Shown piece by piece: positions 32,022 to 41,742 of a stretch of 62,340 nucleotides of DNA (its first letter is position 1; the number at the start of each line of letters is the position of its first letter). The stretch comes from Candidatus Binatia bacterium. GTDB lineage: Bacteria; Desulfobacterota; Binatia; Bin18. The DNA is taken from NCBI GenBank assembly GCA_963666315.2, contig CAXXHG010000037.1:1-62340 (forward strand), written 5' to 3'. The notes under the pieces are model-generated. The model was not told the DNA's origin. It saw nothing but the letters and a program-made list of their open reading frames with translations, and made no database searches. Position numbers and translations under genes: made by a program.

Positions 32022-32606
32022 ATGCTGAGAAAACAATCAACTGGGGACCACAGGTTGGCATTTTATGCACAGTTGGCGTCGATGGCGGACCTCACCATGC
32101 TCAAAAAGAAAGAACAGAAAGCCGTGGAAAAAGTGGCCCGTCGCGCCGGGTTTCAGTTCACGCGACTAGAATCGCCAGATCGCCACTGGGAGATTATTCG
32201 CGAATGTCACGCGGACGTGTATAGGACGATTAATACGGTCTTGGATCGGCGGCAGGTATCGCTCAAACCGCTCGCTAAAAAAGAAGAGTCTGATCAGGCG
32301 CTATTAGGAAAAAACTACCGGCTACAACCGGTGCTGGTACATACTTGGGAGAGTCTATGGGCTGAGATTAAAACGGGGCTGTACAAGGTGCTCAAGCAAG
32401 AGGAATTTCCGTTACGACGGTGTCCGCATTGCAAGGCAGGGGTGTTTGTAGCCGGCGGGCGGCGGAAGTATTGCTCGCGAACATGTACGACGCGAGCGGT
32501 GGATTTGCGGCGAAAAGATGATCCGAAACGTCGCGACGATGTGTTGCGCAATATGAGGCATTACCATGCCAAGAAACGAGCAGCGGCTGCCAGGCCGATT
32601 GTTTAG
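32022..32606 (+). CDS. CGNR zinc-finger domain protein
   Basis: LRRCPHCKAGVF...RRKYCSRTC; divergent from xis and upstream of int. Confidence 0.65.
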   Translation: MLRKQSTGDHRLAFYAQLASMADLTMLKKKEQKAVEKVARRAGFQFTRLESPDRHWEIIRECHADVYRTINTVLDRRQVSLKPLAKKEESDQALLGKNYRLQPVLVHTWESLWAEIKTGLYKVLKQEEFPLRRCPHCKAGVFVAGGRRKYCSRTCTTRAVDLRRKDDPKRRDDVLRNMRHYHAKKRAAAARPIV

Positions 32607-32642
32607 ACATCACCTCGCTATGGCATGAAAAGGAGGTACGAT

Positions 32643-33710
32643 ATGCCGAAACTCAGATATGGCTCGGGGGGTGTATATCGACGGGGGCGCATTTGGTGGA
32701 TCACGTACAATGTGGCCAGTAAACAGCGGCGGGAATCCGCGAAGACGACAGACAAAAGTGAGGCGAGCCGCTTGCTCCGGCAGCGGCTCGGTGAGATCGC
32801 GGAAGGACGGTACGTTGAGACAGGGAAGGGCCGGCTCAGTTTTGAGGACTTGGCGAACATGGTTGTGGCTGACTACGAGGTCAAAGGGTTGGCTACTCTT
32901 CGCGAGTTACGGATTCGTGTTGACAAACATCTTCGCCCCTTCTTTGCGGGAAAGTTGGCGCAGGATATTAGTGCAACGGACGTGAGAGTTTTTATAGCGA
33001 AGCGGCAGGCTGCGGGCGCTGCAAATGCTTCTATCAACAGAGAGACAAGCGCTTTGAAGCGGTCATTTAATCTAGCGATTCAGGCAGAGCGTCTCTACAA
33101 AAAACCTTACATGCCCCGATTGCCGGAGAAAAACGTTCGCGAGGGGTTCGTGGAGCGCTGGGAGTATGAGGCGGTGCTGTCGAAAGTGCCGGAATATCTT
33201 CGTCCCCCTATGATGTTCGCCTATTGGACGGGATGGCGGTTGAATAAGGAGGTGTTGGCGCTGGAATGGTCCAACGTCGATTTGGACGAGGGAACAGTAC
33301 GACTCCGGTTCGGGTCAACGAAGAATGGAGATGGGCGGGTGATTTTCCTCCCGGAAGATCTGTATGCAATGCTGGCGCACCAACAGGCAGAACAGCGGCG
33401 GGATTTTCCGGCCTGCAGCCGCGTGTTTCACCGGGACGGTCACCCGATCAAATCGATACGCGGGTCCTGGGAACGGGCTTGCGCAGAAACGGGACTGACG
33501 GGTAAGATTCCGCACGACTTTCGGCGGACGGCGGTACGCAACTTGGTCCGGGCCGGGGTTTCGGAACATGTGGCGCAGACGATGACAGGCCACAAGACCC
33601 GGGACGTGTTTGATCGGTACGACATTGTGAGTGAGGGAGATTTGCGAGAGGCGGCGGTGAGGCTCAACAGGCGGATAAGCCTCAAACCATCACAAAACCA
33701 ATCACAATGA
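32643..33710 (+). CDS. int: Tyrosine integrase (element A)
   Basis: AGGAGG RBS; catalytic TGWR, TKNG, HDFRR, GHKT, DRY; arm-binding-type N-terminus. Confidence 0.93.
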   Translation: MPKLRYGSGGVYRRGRIWWITYNVASKQRRESAKTTDKSEASRLLRQRLGEIAEGRYVETGKGRLSFEDLANMVVADYEVKGLATLRELRIRVDKHLRPFFAGKLAQDISATDVRVFIAKRQAAGAANASINRETSALKRSFNLAIQAERLYKKPYMPRLPEKNVREGFVERWEYEAVLSKVPEYLRPPMMFAYWTGWRLNKEVLALEWSNVDLDEGTVRLRFGSTKNGDGRVIFLPEDLYAMLAHQQAEQRRDFPACSRVFHRDGHPIKSIRGSWERACAETGLTGKIPHDFRRTAVRNLVRAGVSEHVAQTMTGHKTRDVFDRYDIVSEGDLREAAVRLNRRISLKPSQNQSQ

Positions 33711-33760
33711 GCCAAACGGAGGGAGTTGGAACCGTTCTAAGTCATTGATTTCATTACTGT

Positions 33761-33799
33761 GCCGGGATGGCGGAATTGGCAGACGCAGTGGACTCCAAA
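33761..33799 (+). mobile_element. att site: 5' half of tRNA-Leu (A/B junction)
   Basis: 38 of 39 nt identical to 41743-41781; similarity ends at the anticodon loop. Confidence 0.9.
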
Positions 33800-34004
33800 G
33801 GCACTACGAGTGATATAACTAAATGATATACAGAGCTACGGAGTAGGATAGGGCTGTTCTTTCAGCGGATTAGACCAACCGCGACTTACTCCGTAGCACT
33901 CCGTACTTCTCCTTCTCACAGCCAAACGACGGCAAAAACAACGGCGATTTGAGCGGATGCTCTCGGGCCGGCCCCTGACGCAGTTTGGGGGCCCCTCCTC
34001 CCCG

Positions 34005-34110
34005 GGGTGGGGTCGTGTTCGAGGATCCATTTGCAGACGCGCTCGAACTGAGTGCCGCGTACCTTTTTCTCTCTCGAGAAGGTCTGTCGAAATTCTGCGA
34101 AGGTGGCCAT
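34005..34110 (-). pseudogene. N-terminal stub of a restriction endonuclease-helicase-like gene
   Basis: MATFAEFRQTFSREKKVRGTQFERVCKWILEHDP resembles the GxxFE start of Mrr-like nuclease/DEAD helicase fusions. Confidence 0.45.
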
Positions 34111-34237
34111 AGGTGTGTCTGCTGCGCGGTGATATGCAGTAGTCGCAATGTACCCTCACGTACCACAAGTCGGCATAAGAATCACCGATTTCCCTCCGAG
34201 GCCATTGCCCAAACCGTTCTACGTGCGCTAGGACACG

Positions 34238-34681
34238 ATGATGCGATGGTTCTTCACAATATGACTTCTTGTGACTGCCCTCCACTGGAGCCCGGACGCC
34301 AACGCGGACGAGATCGCTGAGCTCCGGGCACGGGCGGAGCAAGGCAACGCCAGGGCCCAGTTCAATCTGGGCAACATGTACAACGGCGGCGACGGGGTTG
34401 TGCAGGATTACAAACAAGCGCTGTTCTGGTACCGCAAAGCCGCCGACCAAGGCAACGCCAGGGCCCAGTTCAATCTGGGCAACATGTACAACGGCGGCGA
34501 CGGGGTCGTGCAGAACTACGTCCAGGCACACAAGTGGTACAACCTGGCCGCGGCAGACTCCACCGGAGAAACGCACGAAAAGGCCGTTCGCAATAGATCC
34601 ATTGTTGAGAAAAAGATGACGCCGCAGCAGGTCGCGGAGGCGCAACGACTTGCCGGGGAATGGAGGGTCCGTCAGCCGTAG
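34238..34681 (+). CDS. SEL1-repeat protein (signal peptide interrupted by TGA at 34262)
   Basis: Two near-identical AEQGNARAQFNLGNMYNGGDGV repeats; KKMTPQQVAEAQRLA tail. Confidence 0.8.
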
Positions 34682-35007
34682 GCCGGAGGAGTCTGGGAAT
34701 GAATGATCTACGCCGTGGTAGGATAACCCTTTAAGGGCGTCCGGCAGAAACGATACTGTCGACCTGCCTGCAGCGCCCGAGCGGACTATCAACGGCATGC
34801 AGCGCAGCGTCGGAAAAATGGCGTCAAACGATACCGCGAGGAGAAGAGTCGCTCGCCCACCTCGTAGTACGGCCATGCGTATGAATATATTCCGCCGCCA
34901 CGTCGACAGTCATCTTGCCCCGAGAAAGCGGTGCAGCGGGTGGGGTGGGCGGTGGTTCTTCTGGTTAGTCAGAATAGTTTGGGAAAATTAGGGAGGAGGG
35001 AAAGCGG

Positions 35008-36513
35008 ATGCTGTCCAGATGGTCTGCTCTACTACTGCTATTTCTACTTGCAAACTCAGGGTGCGGGACGGGACCAGTAACATTATCAGCACAGGCGGAG
35101 GCCAAGGCCAAACGCCACCAACGGTACAAGGCGGATATCAGCCGAAAAGCGCACCTGAAAGTGGTGATGGCGCACGGCGAAAAAAGCCAGGCAGCAGGGC
35201 GGCCCCCGGTTATACAAGGAAAGGAGCCGGGGGAAGTACGACTCGAACCAGGGCTTGTCTCCTCGTCATCCTTGCGCCCTCTCAGCATTAGAGACCGCAC
35301 AAACTCGGTTGTTGTGGATTGCCGGTTGGACAGGACCCTCTCGTTATTACTGACGTACCAGGGAACAAAGCTCTCACTCTCAGGTCGTCGGATTGTCTTT
35401 CAATTTGATAATGGCCCAGAGTATAACAGCACCGGTATGAAACTTCGCCATGAGAAGACGAAGAAATTTGTGGAAGATATGGTCAGTCATCGCACTCTTG
35501 CCTTATGGGTTCCTGGCGACGCTGCGAACCGGGCCAAATTCGACCTACGACCCGTCCGCCAAGACTTACAATCGTTGGTCAATCGGTGCAAAGTACCAGT
35601 CCACGATCCCGAGGGTATGCCCCGTCGCGTCACTATTGCCTCCCGCCGTGCCAACATTCGTACTAGAGCGGACGTGAAGTCGGATGTCCTCGGTCAGGCA
35701 ACGGCGGGCCTGTCGTTTCCCGTGGTCAGCGAAGAGGGAGAATGGCTTAAAATCAATTACGCTGACAAAACTGGATGGGTGCACCTTGCCGTGACAGAAC
35801 GAGGCAAGGAGAGGAATGTGAAGCACCTTCAATTTTCCGTTGACACGTCCGTTACCACCGCGTCACGGAAACCGAACGACGTCGTAGCGTCCAAAGTCGC
35901 CAACACTGTTGGGCCGTCCGACACAGCGAACCCTGATGAACCTGTGTCTGAAACGAGATCCGGAAACCCGACTTCCCGCCGAACCAGAAAGGTCAAGACG
36001 CGAGCTGGCCCGTTTGGTTTGTCCATGGGCATGAAGAAATCTGATATTAGGTCGGAACTCGTAGAGTTCGAACGATACCAATTCAAGACTTCAAGTCTCC
36101 CCAAGACACACCCCGCTTTCAATATTTACGTACTCCAAATCACGCCAAAACGCGGCCTCTGCTATATAAAGGCTGTCGGCAAAACGCTCCAAACAAACCG
36201 TTATGGCGGCTCGCTCCTTCTTAAGTTCAACCAAATGGAAGCGAAGCTCGATTCCGCATATGGTTCGCACGAGCGAATCGATAGGCTCAATTCTGGGAGC
36301 ATCTGGAATGAGGCGGAGGACTGGATGATGGCATTAAAAAAAAGGGAACGGTACCTTTTTACGACATGGACATTAGACGGCGACCTCGCAAAGATTGGCC
36401 TCATTGCGACAGCACTGACCACGGAGTCAGGTTATCTGGCCGTTGAGTACTATTTCCGTTCTCATGATGACTGTGATGCAGAGCGTGACTCTGTTGAGGA
36501 TAGCGTGCTCTGA
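35008..36513 (+). CDS. Putative lipoprotein with SH3b domain and unknown C-terminal domain
   Basis: LLANSGC lipobox; ANIRTRADVKSDVLG...GEWLKI...TGWV SH3_3 pattern. Confidence 0.6.
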   Translation: MLSRWSALLLLFLLANSGCGTGPVTLSAQAEAKAKRHQRYKADISRKAHLKVVMAHGEKSQAAGRPPVIQGKEPGEVRLEPGLVSSSSLRPLSIRDRTNSVVVDCRLDRTLSLLLTYQGTKLSLSGRRIVFQFDNGPEYNSTGMKLRHEKTKKFVEDMVSHRTLALWVPGDAANRAKFDLRPVRQDLQSLVNRCKVPVHDPEGMPRRVTIASRRANIRTRADVKSDVLGQATAGLSFPVVSEEGEWLKINYADKTGWVHLAVTERGKERNVKHLQFSVDTSVTTASRKPNDVVASKVANTVGPSDTANPDEPVSETRSGNPTSRRTRKVKTRAGPFGLSMGMKKSDIRSELVEFERYQFKTSSLPKTHPAFNIYVLQITPKRGLCYIKAVGKTLQTNRYGGSLLLKFNQMEAKLDSAYGSHERIDRLNSGSIWNEAEDWMMALKKRERYLFTTWTLDGDLAKIGLIATALTTESGYLAVEYYFRSHDDCDAERDSVEDSVL

Positions 36514-36542
36514 GTTCTTTTTTCTCCCCCGTAGACGGGCAC

Positions 36543-36854
36543 TCATCCAACCAGCGTCGAAATCTGCAAGTCGACGATGTTGTTGCAGCAAGCAATCCGG
36601 TGCAAATCCATGCCAAATTGGACGGGAAAGGCGTGCTGCGAGGACTCACGTTTCACACACGGTCCGGAAGTTACGCGGTAGATGAAAGTCTGCTCGACGC
36701 CTGCCAACAAGGCGCCTGGGACGAGGGCCCACCGCCCGCGGCTGTGTCGGAAGACGGCCATTACCATTTCATCTTCCGATCTCGAGTAAGCGTCCGAATC
36801 GACGCCACAGACGGCCGAGTTATAAAAACATTCCTCTCGGTAGGCCTGTTGTAG
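36543..36854 (+). pseudogene. TonB C-terminal-like fragment
   Basis: RSGSYAVDESLLDAC...PPP pattern; no clear start. Confidence 0.3.
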
Positions 36855-37008
36855 CACGCTCCTCGAAGACGTTTATTGTATTTGGGGTAGAGCGGGCGTT
36901 CATAGGAGAGGCCTCTGCTCGTCCTATTTGCTGTGAAAGAGATTCAGGGGCAAGACGTTCATTGCTGGAAGGATTTCAGCGCCTGCCGCACCGCACAGAG
37001 GAGTCCCA

Positions 37009-38026
37009 TTATGGCCGGCGATACCCCTCAATAATCACGGCCAGGAGCACCCCCCGCCAAAAAGGCCCCGACCCCGTCGTGCGCCACCAGTGGGCCAACC
37101 AGCACGGCGTAGAACCCGAGGCCAACAGTCGCCGTGACTTGGCCCAGCAGCATCGACGTGAGCCAGGATCCGTGCGAGACCATGACCGTACCCGAGATCC
37201 CGGTGACCATCGCCGGCACGGCTGCGAGCTGCCAGGTCGCGATTGCAAATAAGGACAAAGTCAGGAGAATCATGCCCCACTGGGGAAGCGTCGGAATGGG
37301 GACAGGCCCCGACTGGAACACAAATACCCCTCCGTGCGTCCCGGCATATAGCTTCATTCCACCGGGCGCAACCGCGAAGGCTAAGACTAATGGGTTGGTC
37401 AGGCCAGTGTTCATCTCCGCCCAGGTCGCACCTGCATTGATACTCTTGAACACCCCTCCTTGCGTCCCAGCATACAGGATATCGGAATGAGCCGGATCCA
37501 TGGCGAACGAGCGGACGATGAGGTTGGTCAGGCCGGTGTTCATCGCCGTCCACGTCGCACCTGCATTCGTAGTCTTGAACACGCCTTCTCCGCCAAGCGT
37601 GCCGGCGTACACGGTGTCAGGGTTGGTCAGAGCAATGGCTAGGGATTCGGCTGAGAAGCCGTTCACCTGTGCCCAGGTCGTGCCCATATTCATACTTTTG
37701 AACACACCCAAATTTCCCCCGGCGTACAGGGTCGTAGAATTGGTCGGGTCGATAGCCAGGGAGTCGATGTCTCTAGGATTGGTCAGGCCGGTGTTCATCG
37801 CCGTCCAGGTCGTGCCCATGTTCGTACTCTTGAACACGCCTCCTTCAAAGGTCCCGGCATACACGATGTCAGGGTCGGTGGGATCCACGGCTACGGCCTG
37901 GATGAATGGAACTGCGGGGCCATTCGTCGTCCATGCATTCAGGCCCGCGTAGGCAGGCGGGGTACGCATAAAGACGGAGACCAGGACAAGCACCACGCAT
38001 CCGCACCACACAGCCATGGACGGCAA
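37009..38026 (-). CDS. BNR/beta-propeller secreted protein with IPTL-CTERM signal and extra TM extension (frameshift ~37050)
   Basis: Repeated YAGT..GGVFKS.N.G.TW; PIPTLPQWGMILLTLSL; C6 here vs C5 in the 23.8-kb copy restores FLAGVLLAVIIEGYRRP. Confidence 0.8.
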
Positions 38027-38306
38027 GTCAGCCGGCCCTGCAGCTGCGTGGGCAACACAGCCTGTGGCATAAAAATATCCATCGCCAGTTCCTCTCGATT
38101 CTCCCAGGAGCGAAGGTCCGCAAATACTCGCATGGGTGCCACCTTTGACGAGACGGAATACCCCTTGTGTCTCATAGTGCCTAGCGCGAGTGTTGATACA
38201 TAAAGAGAAACACCACGCATCCGGGCTGTGACTGGTCTACCAGTCAGGGTAGCCAGGGCTATCCTCCACTACTAACTTTACGACCTGCGTGGTGAGCCCC
38301 GGCTGT

Positions 38307-38873
38307 TCACTGAGCGCGCCGTATGGCCTCCCGCAGTAACCGGGTCAGGCTCGGGTTGTCGTAAGTGATGTTCTGCGCAATCTTTCGCATCGACGCGGAG
38401 AGCCGCCGGTAGCCCCAGAGGCTACGTCGCAGGGTTTCTTCCCACCCTTCTCGTTGATAGTACAGCGGCAGATTGACCTTAAAATAGGAGATACTGTCGG
38501 CATCCTTGAGCAGATCAGAACGCGGGTCGCCCCCAATCTCATGTAGGCGGACCAAGCGACATGCTTCGTCCGCAATCGGCAGGGCGACGGCGCACCGCTC
38601 GAGGATCGCCTGTAGCATCTGCGCCCCATGCTGCGCGTGCGCAGCCTTGAATGCCTCATAGTCCCCATAGTCGGCACGCCGCACTTTTTGGGCCTCAACC
38701 GCGCGGTCAATGTCATGGGCAAGGGCGGCAAGTTGTATCGCCTGGTCCGCCTGGGGGGCAAGCGTGCGCAGCCACGCAAGCGTATCTTCAGCGTGGCGAG
38801 GATCTTCCGGCACCCGCGAACCGGCCACAATCTCCCGGATTCTCTGTTTTGCAGCCGCTACGCTAGCCATCAT
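38307..38873 (-). CDS. HD-superfamily / DUF4202-like hydrolase
   Basis: DPRHAEDT, LAALAHDIDR, AAHAQHGA, LVRLHE, LLKDADSISYF; overlaps the DIPPS stop. Confidence 0.65.
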   Translation of the reverse strand: MMASVAAAKQRIREIVAGSRVPEDPRHAEDTLAWLRTLAPQADQAIQLAALAHDIDRAVEAQKVRRADYGDYEAFKAAHAQHGAQMLQAILERCAVALPIADEACRLVRLHEIGGDPRSDLLKDADSISYFKVNLPLYYQREGWEETLRRSLWGYRRLSASMRKIAQNITYDNPSLTRLLREAIRRAQ

Positions 38874-40182
38874 GTCGGCAGACAATAAGGCGACGGATGG
38901 TTTCAAGATTCATAAGAACGGCAATCACTCCTAAAACCAGACACACTTGGTTACAGATAGCCGCCAGGAAGATGAGAAAGACCCGCACGTCACGGCCCAG
39001 GCGAAAGCCCCGGCCACGGCTGATCTGGGTGGCCATGAGATGATCGTATTTGTCCGCCGTATAACTCACCATAAACGATCCGATGATGGCCAAAAACCCA
39101 ATCACAAGGACGAGGCCCTGCGGGGTGTCTGCATACGCATACCAAGTCAGACCGAACAGCAGAAAAGCGTCGGCATACCGGTCGAGGACTGCATCCAGCC
39201 AGCCCCCGTAAGTGCTGCTCTGGAACGTGAGCCGCGCCACTTCGCCGTCCGACCCGTCGATAATAGACGCAAACTGGGCCAGCACCCCTCCCGCCACAAG
39301 GGTCGCATAGCTCCCGAGAACAAACAGGCCGGCCGCCAGGACGGAACACCCAAACGAAAACACAGAGATGTGATTGGGGGTAATGGCATACTGCACCAGC
39401 CGACGAGACAACCGTATGGACAGGGGACGGTTCACATACCGCGCCACCGGGCCGTCGTTGGGCTTATCCCGCAGCTAGGCTAAGAGGGCGCGTTCCGCTT
39501 TGCCAAAGGCAACCGGATCATCCACGTCTATCCAGAACCCTCGGATGGGCACTGCCGTGGCTTTCCCCCGGGCGGCCAGCACCTGCACGGCGGCGGAGAG
39601 CGTCGCGTTTCCGTTCTGCTCGATACACGTGGTCAGTGCGCCAAAAATGGCGGGCGTACACACGAAAATGCCGGTGTCGAAGCCGTTGAAGTCGGAGAGT
39701 CCCTTGCCGATCTGCGTGATCCGGCTCCCGTCCGTCTTGACCCGGGTCACATCGGCCATATCGATGAGAGGATTGTGGAGGTCGACGTCCACGCCCAAGG
39801 CAATTGCGTCCTTCTCGAGGGACACGTGCATCAACGCCTGCGCACCGGCGGGGTCAAAGACATGATCCGCCATAAGCAGGAGAAACGGTTCGGTGAGATA
39901 CCCGTCCGCTTTCAGGACGGAGAGTCCGTTTTCTTTTTCCCATTCGTCATTCAGCAGCACCGTCATCCGAATCGCCAGCCGCTGTGCGAAGCGCGTGAGA
40001 AACGTGCGCAGCCGATCCCCCTGGTAGCCGATGACCACATAGAAGTCATCCGCGCCCGCCTCTCGGGCGGCGCGGATGACGCGTTCGATCAGGGGGACGC
40101 CTAAGAGGGGCACGAGGGGTTTGCTGTCGCCCTGGTGTCGGAGTCGGCGGCCCTGGCCGGCCGCAATGATCAGACACTGCAT
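38863..40182 (-). CDS. Bifunctional inositol-1-phosphate cytidylyltransferase / CDP-alcohol phosphotransferase (IPCT/DIPPS-like), in-frame TAG at 39475-39477
   Basis: IIAAGQGRRL, ENGLSVL, LLMADH, WIDVDD; reads RALLA*LRDKPNDGPVARYVNR; DGSDGEVAR...GGWLDAVLDRYAD. Confidence 0.85.
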
Positions 40183-40186
40183 CGGG

Positions 40187-41278
40187 TCAGGAGCGCTGGA
40201 TGAAGGCTTCGAGCATCTGAAAGGCCTCGTCATCGGTGAACTGCTGGGGGGGATGTTTGCAAAAATAGGCGGAGGGGGCCTCTAGGATGCCCCCCTGCCG
40301 GCGGTTCAAGGCCAGTTTGACACACCGGATCGCGTCTATGGCGACCCCGGCGGAGTTGGGGGAATCCTCCACGGAGAGGCGCAGTTCTATGTTCATATCG
40401 ACCCCGCCGAAGAGCTTGCCTTCCATGCGCAGAAAACACACTTTGTTGTCTTTCTGCCACGGCACGAAATCGCTCGGCCCGATATGAATGTTTTCATCCG
40501 CCAACCGGGTAGCCGACACGGATTGCACCGCCTCGGTCTTGGACACTTTCTTCGAGGCCAGCCGGCGGTGATTGAGCATGTTCAGAAAATCCGTGTTGCC
40601 GCCCGTATTGAGTTGGTAGGTGCGCTCCAGTTTCACCCCGCGCTTCTTGAACAGATCGGTCAGGACCCGGTGGGTGATCGTCGCCCCCAACTGCGCCTTG
40701 ATGTCGTCCCCGATCAGAGGCAGCTTGCGCTCCGCAAACCGCTGCGCCCAGAGCGGGTCGCTGGCGATGAAGACCGGCATATTATTGATAAACGCGACGC
40801 CGGCCTGGAGCGCGCATTCGGCATAGAACCGCGTCGCCTCTTCCGAGCCCACGGGTAAATAATTCAGCAGCATGTCCGCGCCGGAGTCTTTGATGATCTT
40901 GACCACGGCCGCGGCGCTGGGTTCCGCCTGGTCGGCCACGACGAAGGTGTATTTATCGTCATACTCGTGCATATGGGGAGACACTCCATCCAGAATCTTC
41001 CCCATCTGGACCGTGACCCCCGCCGGCGGCAGATCGGCACAGAAGACGGTCGTACAGTTCGGCGGGGCAAAGATCGCCGCATGGACGTCTTGCCCCACTT
41101 TGCGCCGGTCGATATCAAAGGCCGCGACGACGCTGATATCGCCGGGCTGATAGCCCCCGATGTCCCAGTGCATCAGGCCGACGACGTCCTGGGGTTGCTC
41201 CCGGTAGTACTCGATGCCCTGCAGGAGGGAACTGACGCAGTTCCCCACTCCGACAATCGCGATCTTGATTCCGCTCAT
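40187..41278 (-). CDS. ino1: myo-Inositol-1(3)-phosphate synthase
   Basis: GVGNC, NYLPVGS, GDDIKAQLGATITHR, YQLNTGGNTDFLNM, VEDSPNSAG. Confidence 0.95.
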   Translation of the reverse strand: MSGIKIAIVGVGNCVSSLLQGIEYYREQPQDVVGLMHWDIGGYQPGDISVVAAFDIDRRKVGQDVHAAIFAPPNCTTVFCADLPPAGVTVQMGKILDGVSPHMHEYDDKYTFVVADQAEPSAAAVVKIIKDSGADMLLNYLPVGSEEATRFYAECALQAGVAFINNMPVFIASDPLWAQRFAERKLPLIGDDIKAQLGATITHRVLTDLFKKRGVKLERTYQLNTGGNTDFLNMLNHRRLASKKVSKTEAVQSVSATRLADENIHIGPSDFVPWQKDNKVCFLRMEGKLFGGVDMNIELRLSVEDSPNSAGVAIDAIRCVKLALNRRQGGILEAPSAYFCKHPPQQFTDDEAFQMLEAFIQRS

Positions 41279-41433
41279 TGCGTGCTCCTTACTCTTCATG
41301 GAAAGACGGGCGCCCCGGCGAGCCGAACACTGTCTCGGCGGCAGGTTGCCTAGTCCTCACTGCGTGGCGGCGGACGTTCTCATCCGCCCGCCAGAACTGA
41401 TCGAACAGGAGCGTAGACGAGTGGCCGGGTGCT

Positions 41434-41730
41434 AATATTCGTTGGTCTTGGGACCGGGCTTGCGAGGAGGCCGGTCTAGTCGGTAAGATTCCGCACGACT
41501 TTCGGCGGACGGCGGTACGCAACTTGGTCCGGGCCGGGGTTTCGGAACATGTGGCGCAGAGGATGACAGGCCATAAGACACGAGCGGTGTTTGATCGGTA
41601 CGACATCGTGAGTGAGGGGGATTTGCGAGAGGCCGCGGTGAAGCTTAACGCCCGGATAAACGCTCAAACGACGGCAAGAACAACGGCAATGGGCCAAACA
41701 GAGGGAGTTGGAACCGCTCTAAGTCATTGA
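41434..41730 (+). pseudogene. 3' remnant of element B integrase
   Basis: Highly similar to 33455-33750 (KIPHDFRRTAVRNLVRAGVSEHVAQ.MTGHKTR.VFDRYDIV). Confidence 0.9.
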
Positions 41731-41742
41731 TTTCATTACTGT

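Larger units (their letters stand above)
33800..41742. mobile_element. Element B: defective integrative element in tRNA-Leu
   Basis: Bounded by tRNA 5'-half repeats; matching arm-like motifs at 33923-33945 and 41665-41687; integrase 3' remnant at the right end. Confidence 0.75.

Noticed and set aside
28207-33710. Complete prophage
   Set aside because: No capsid, portal, large terminase, tail or lysis genes in the window.
34340-34506. Direct repeat as CRISPR or DGR TR/VR pair
   Set aside because: It is a 108-bp in-frame SEL1 duplication, with no adenine-specific differences and no spacers.
37380-37870. Recurrent GGTTGGTCAGGCCGGTGTTCATCGCCGTCC repeats
   Set aside because: These are coding BNR/beta-propeller repeats.
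6167-39477. Stop-codon reassignment or pyrrolysine, suggested by in-frame TAGs at 6167, 14972 and 39475 and a TGA at 34262
   Set aside because: Many intact genes here end normally in TAG or TGA, no pyl genes are present, and the activator also has a deletion; decay or read error is simpler.
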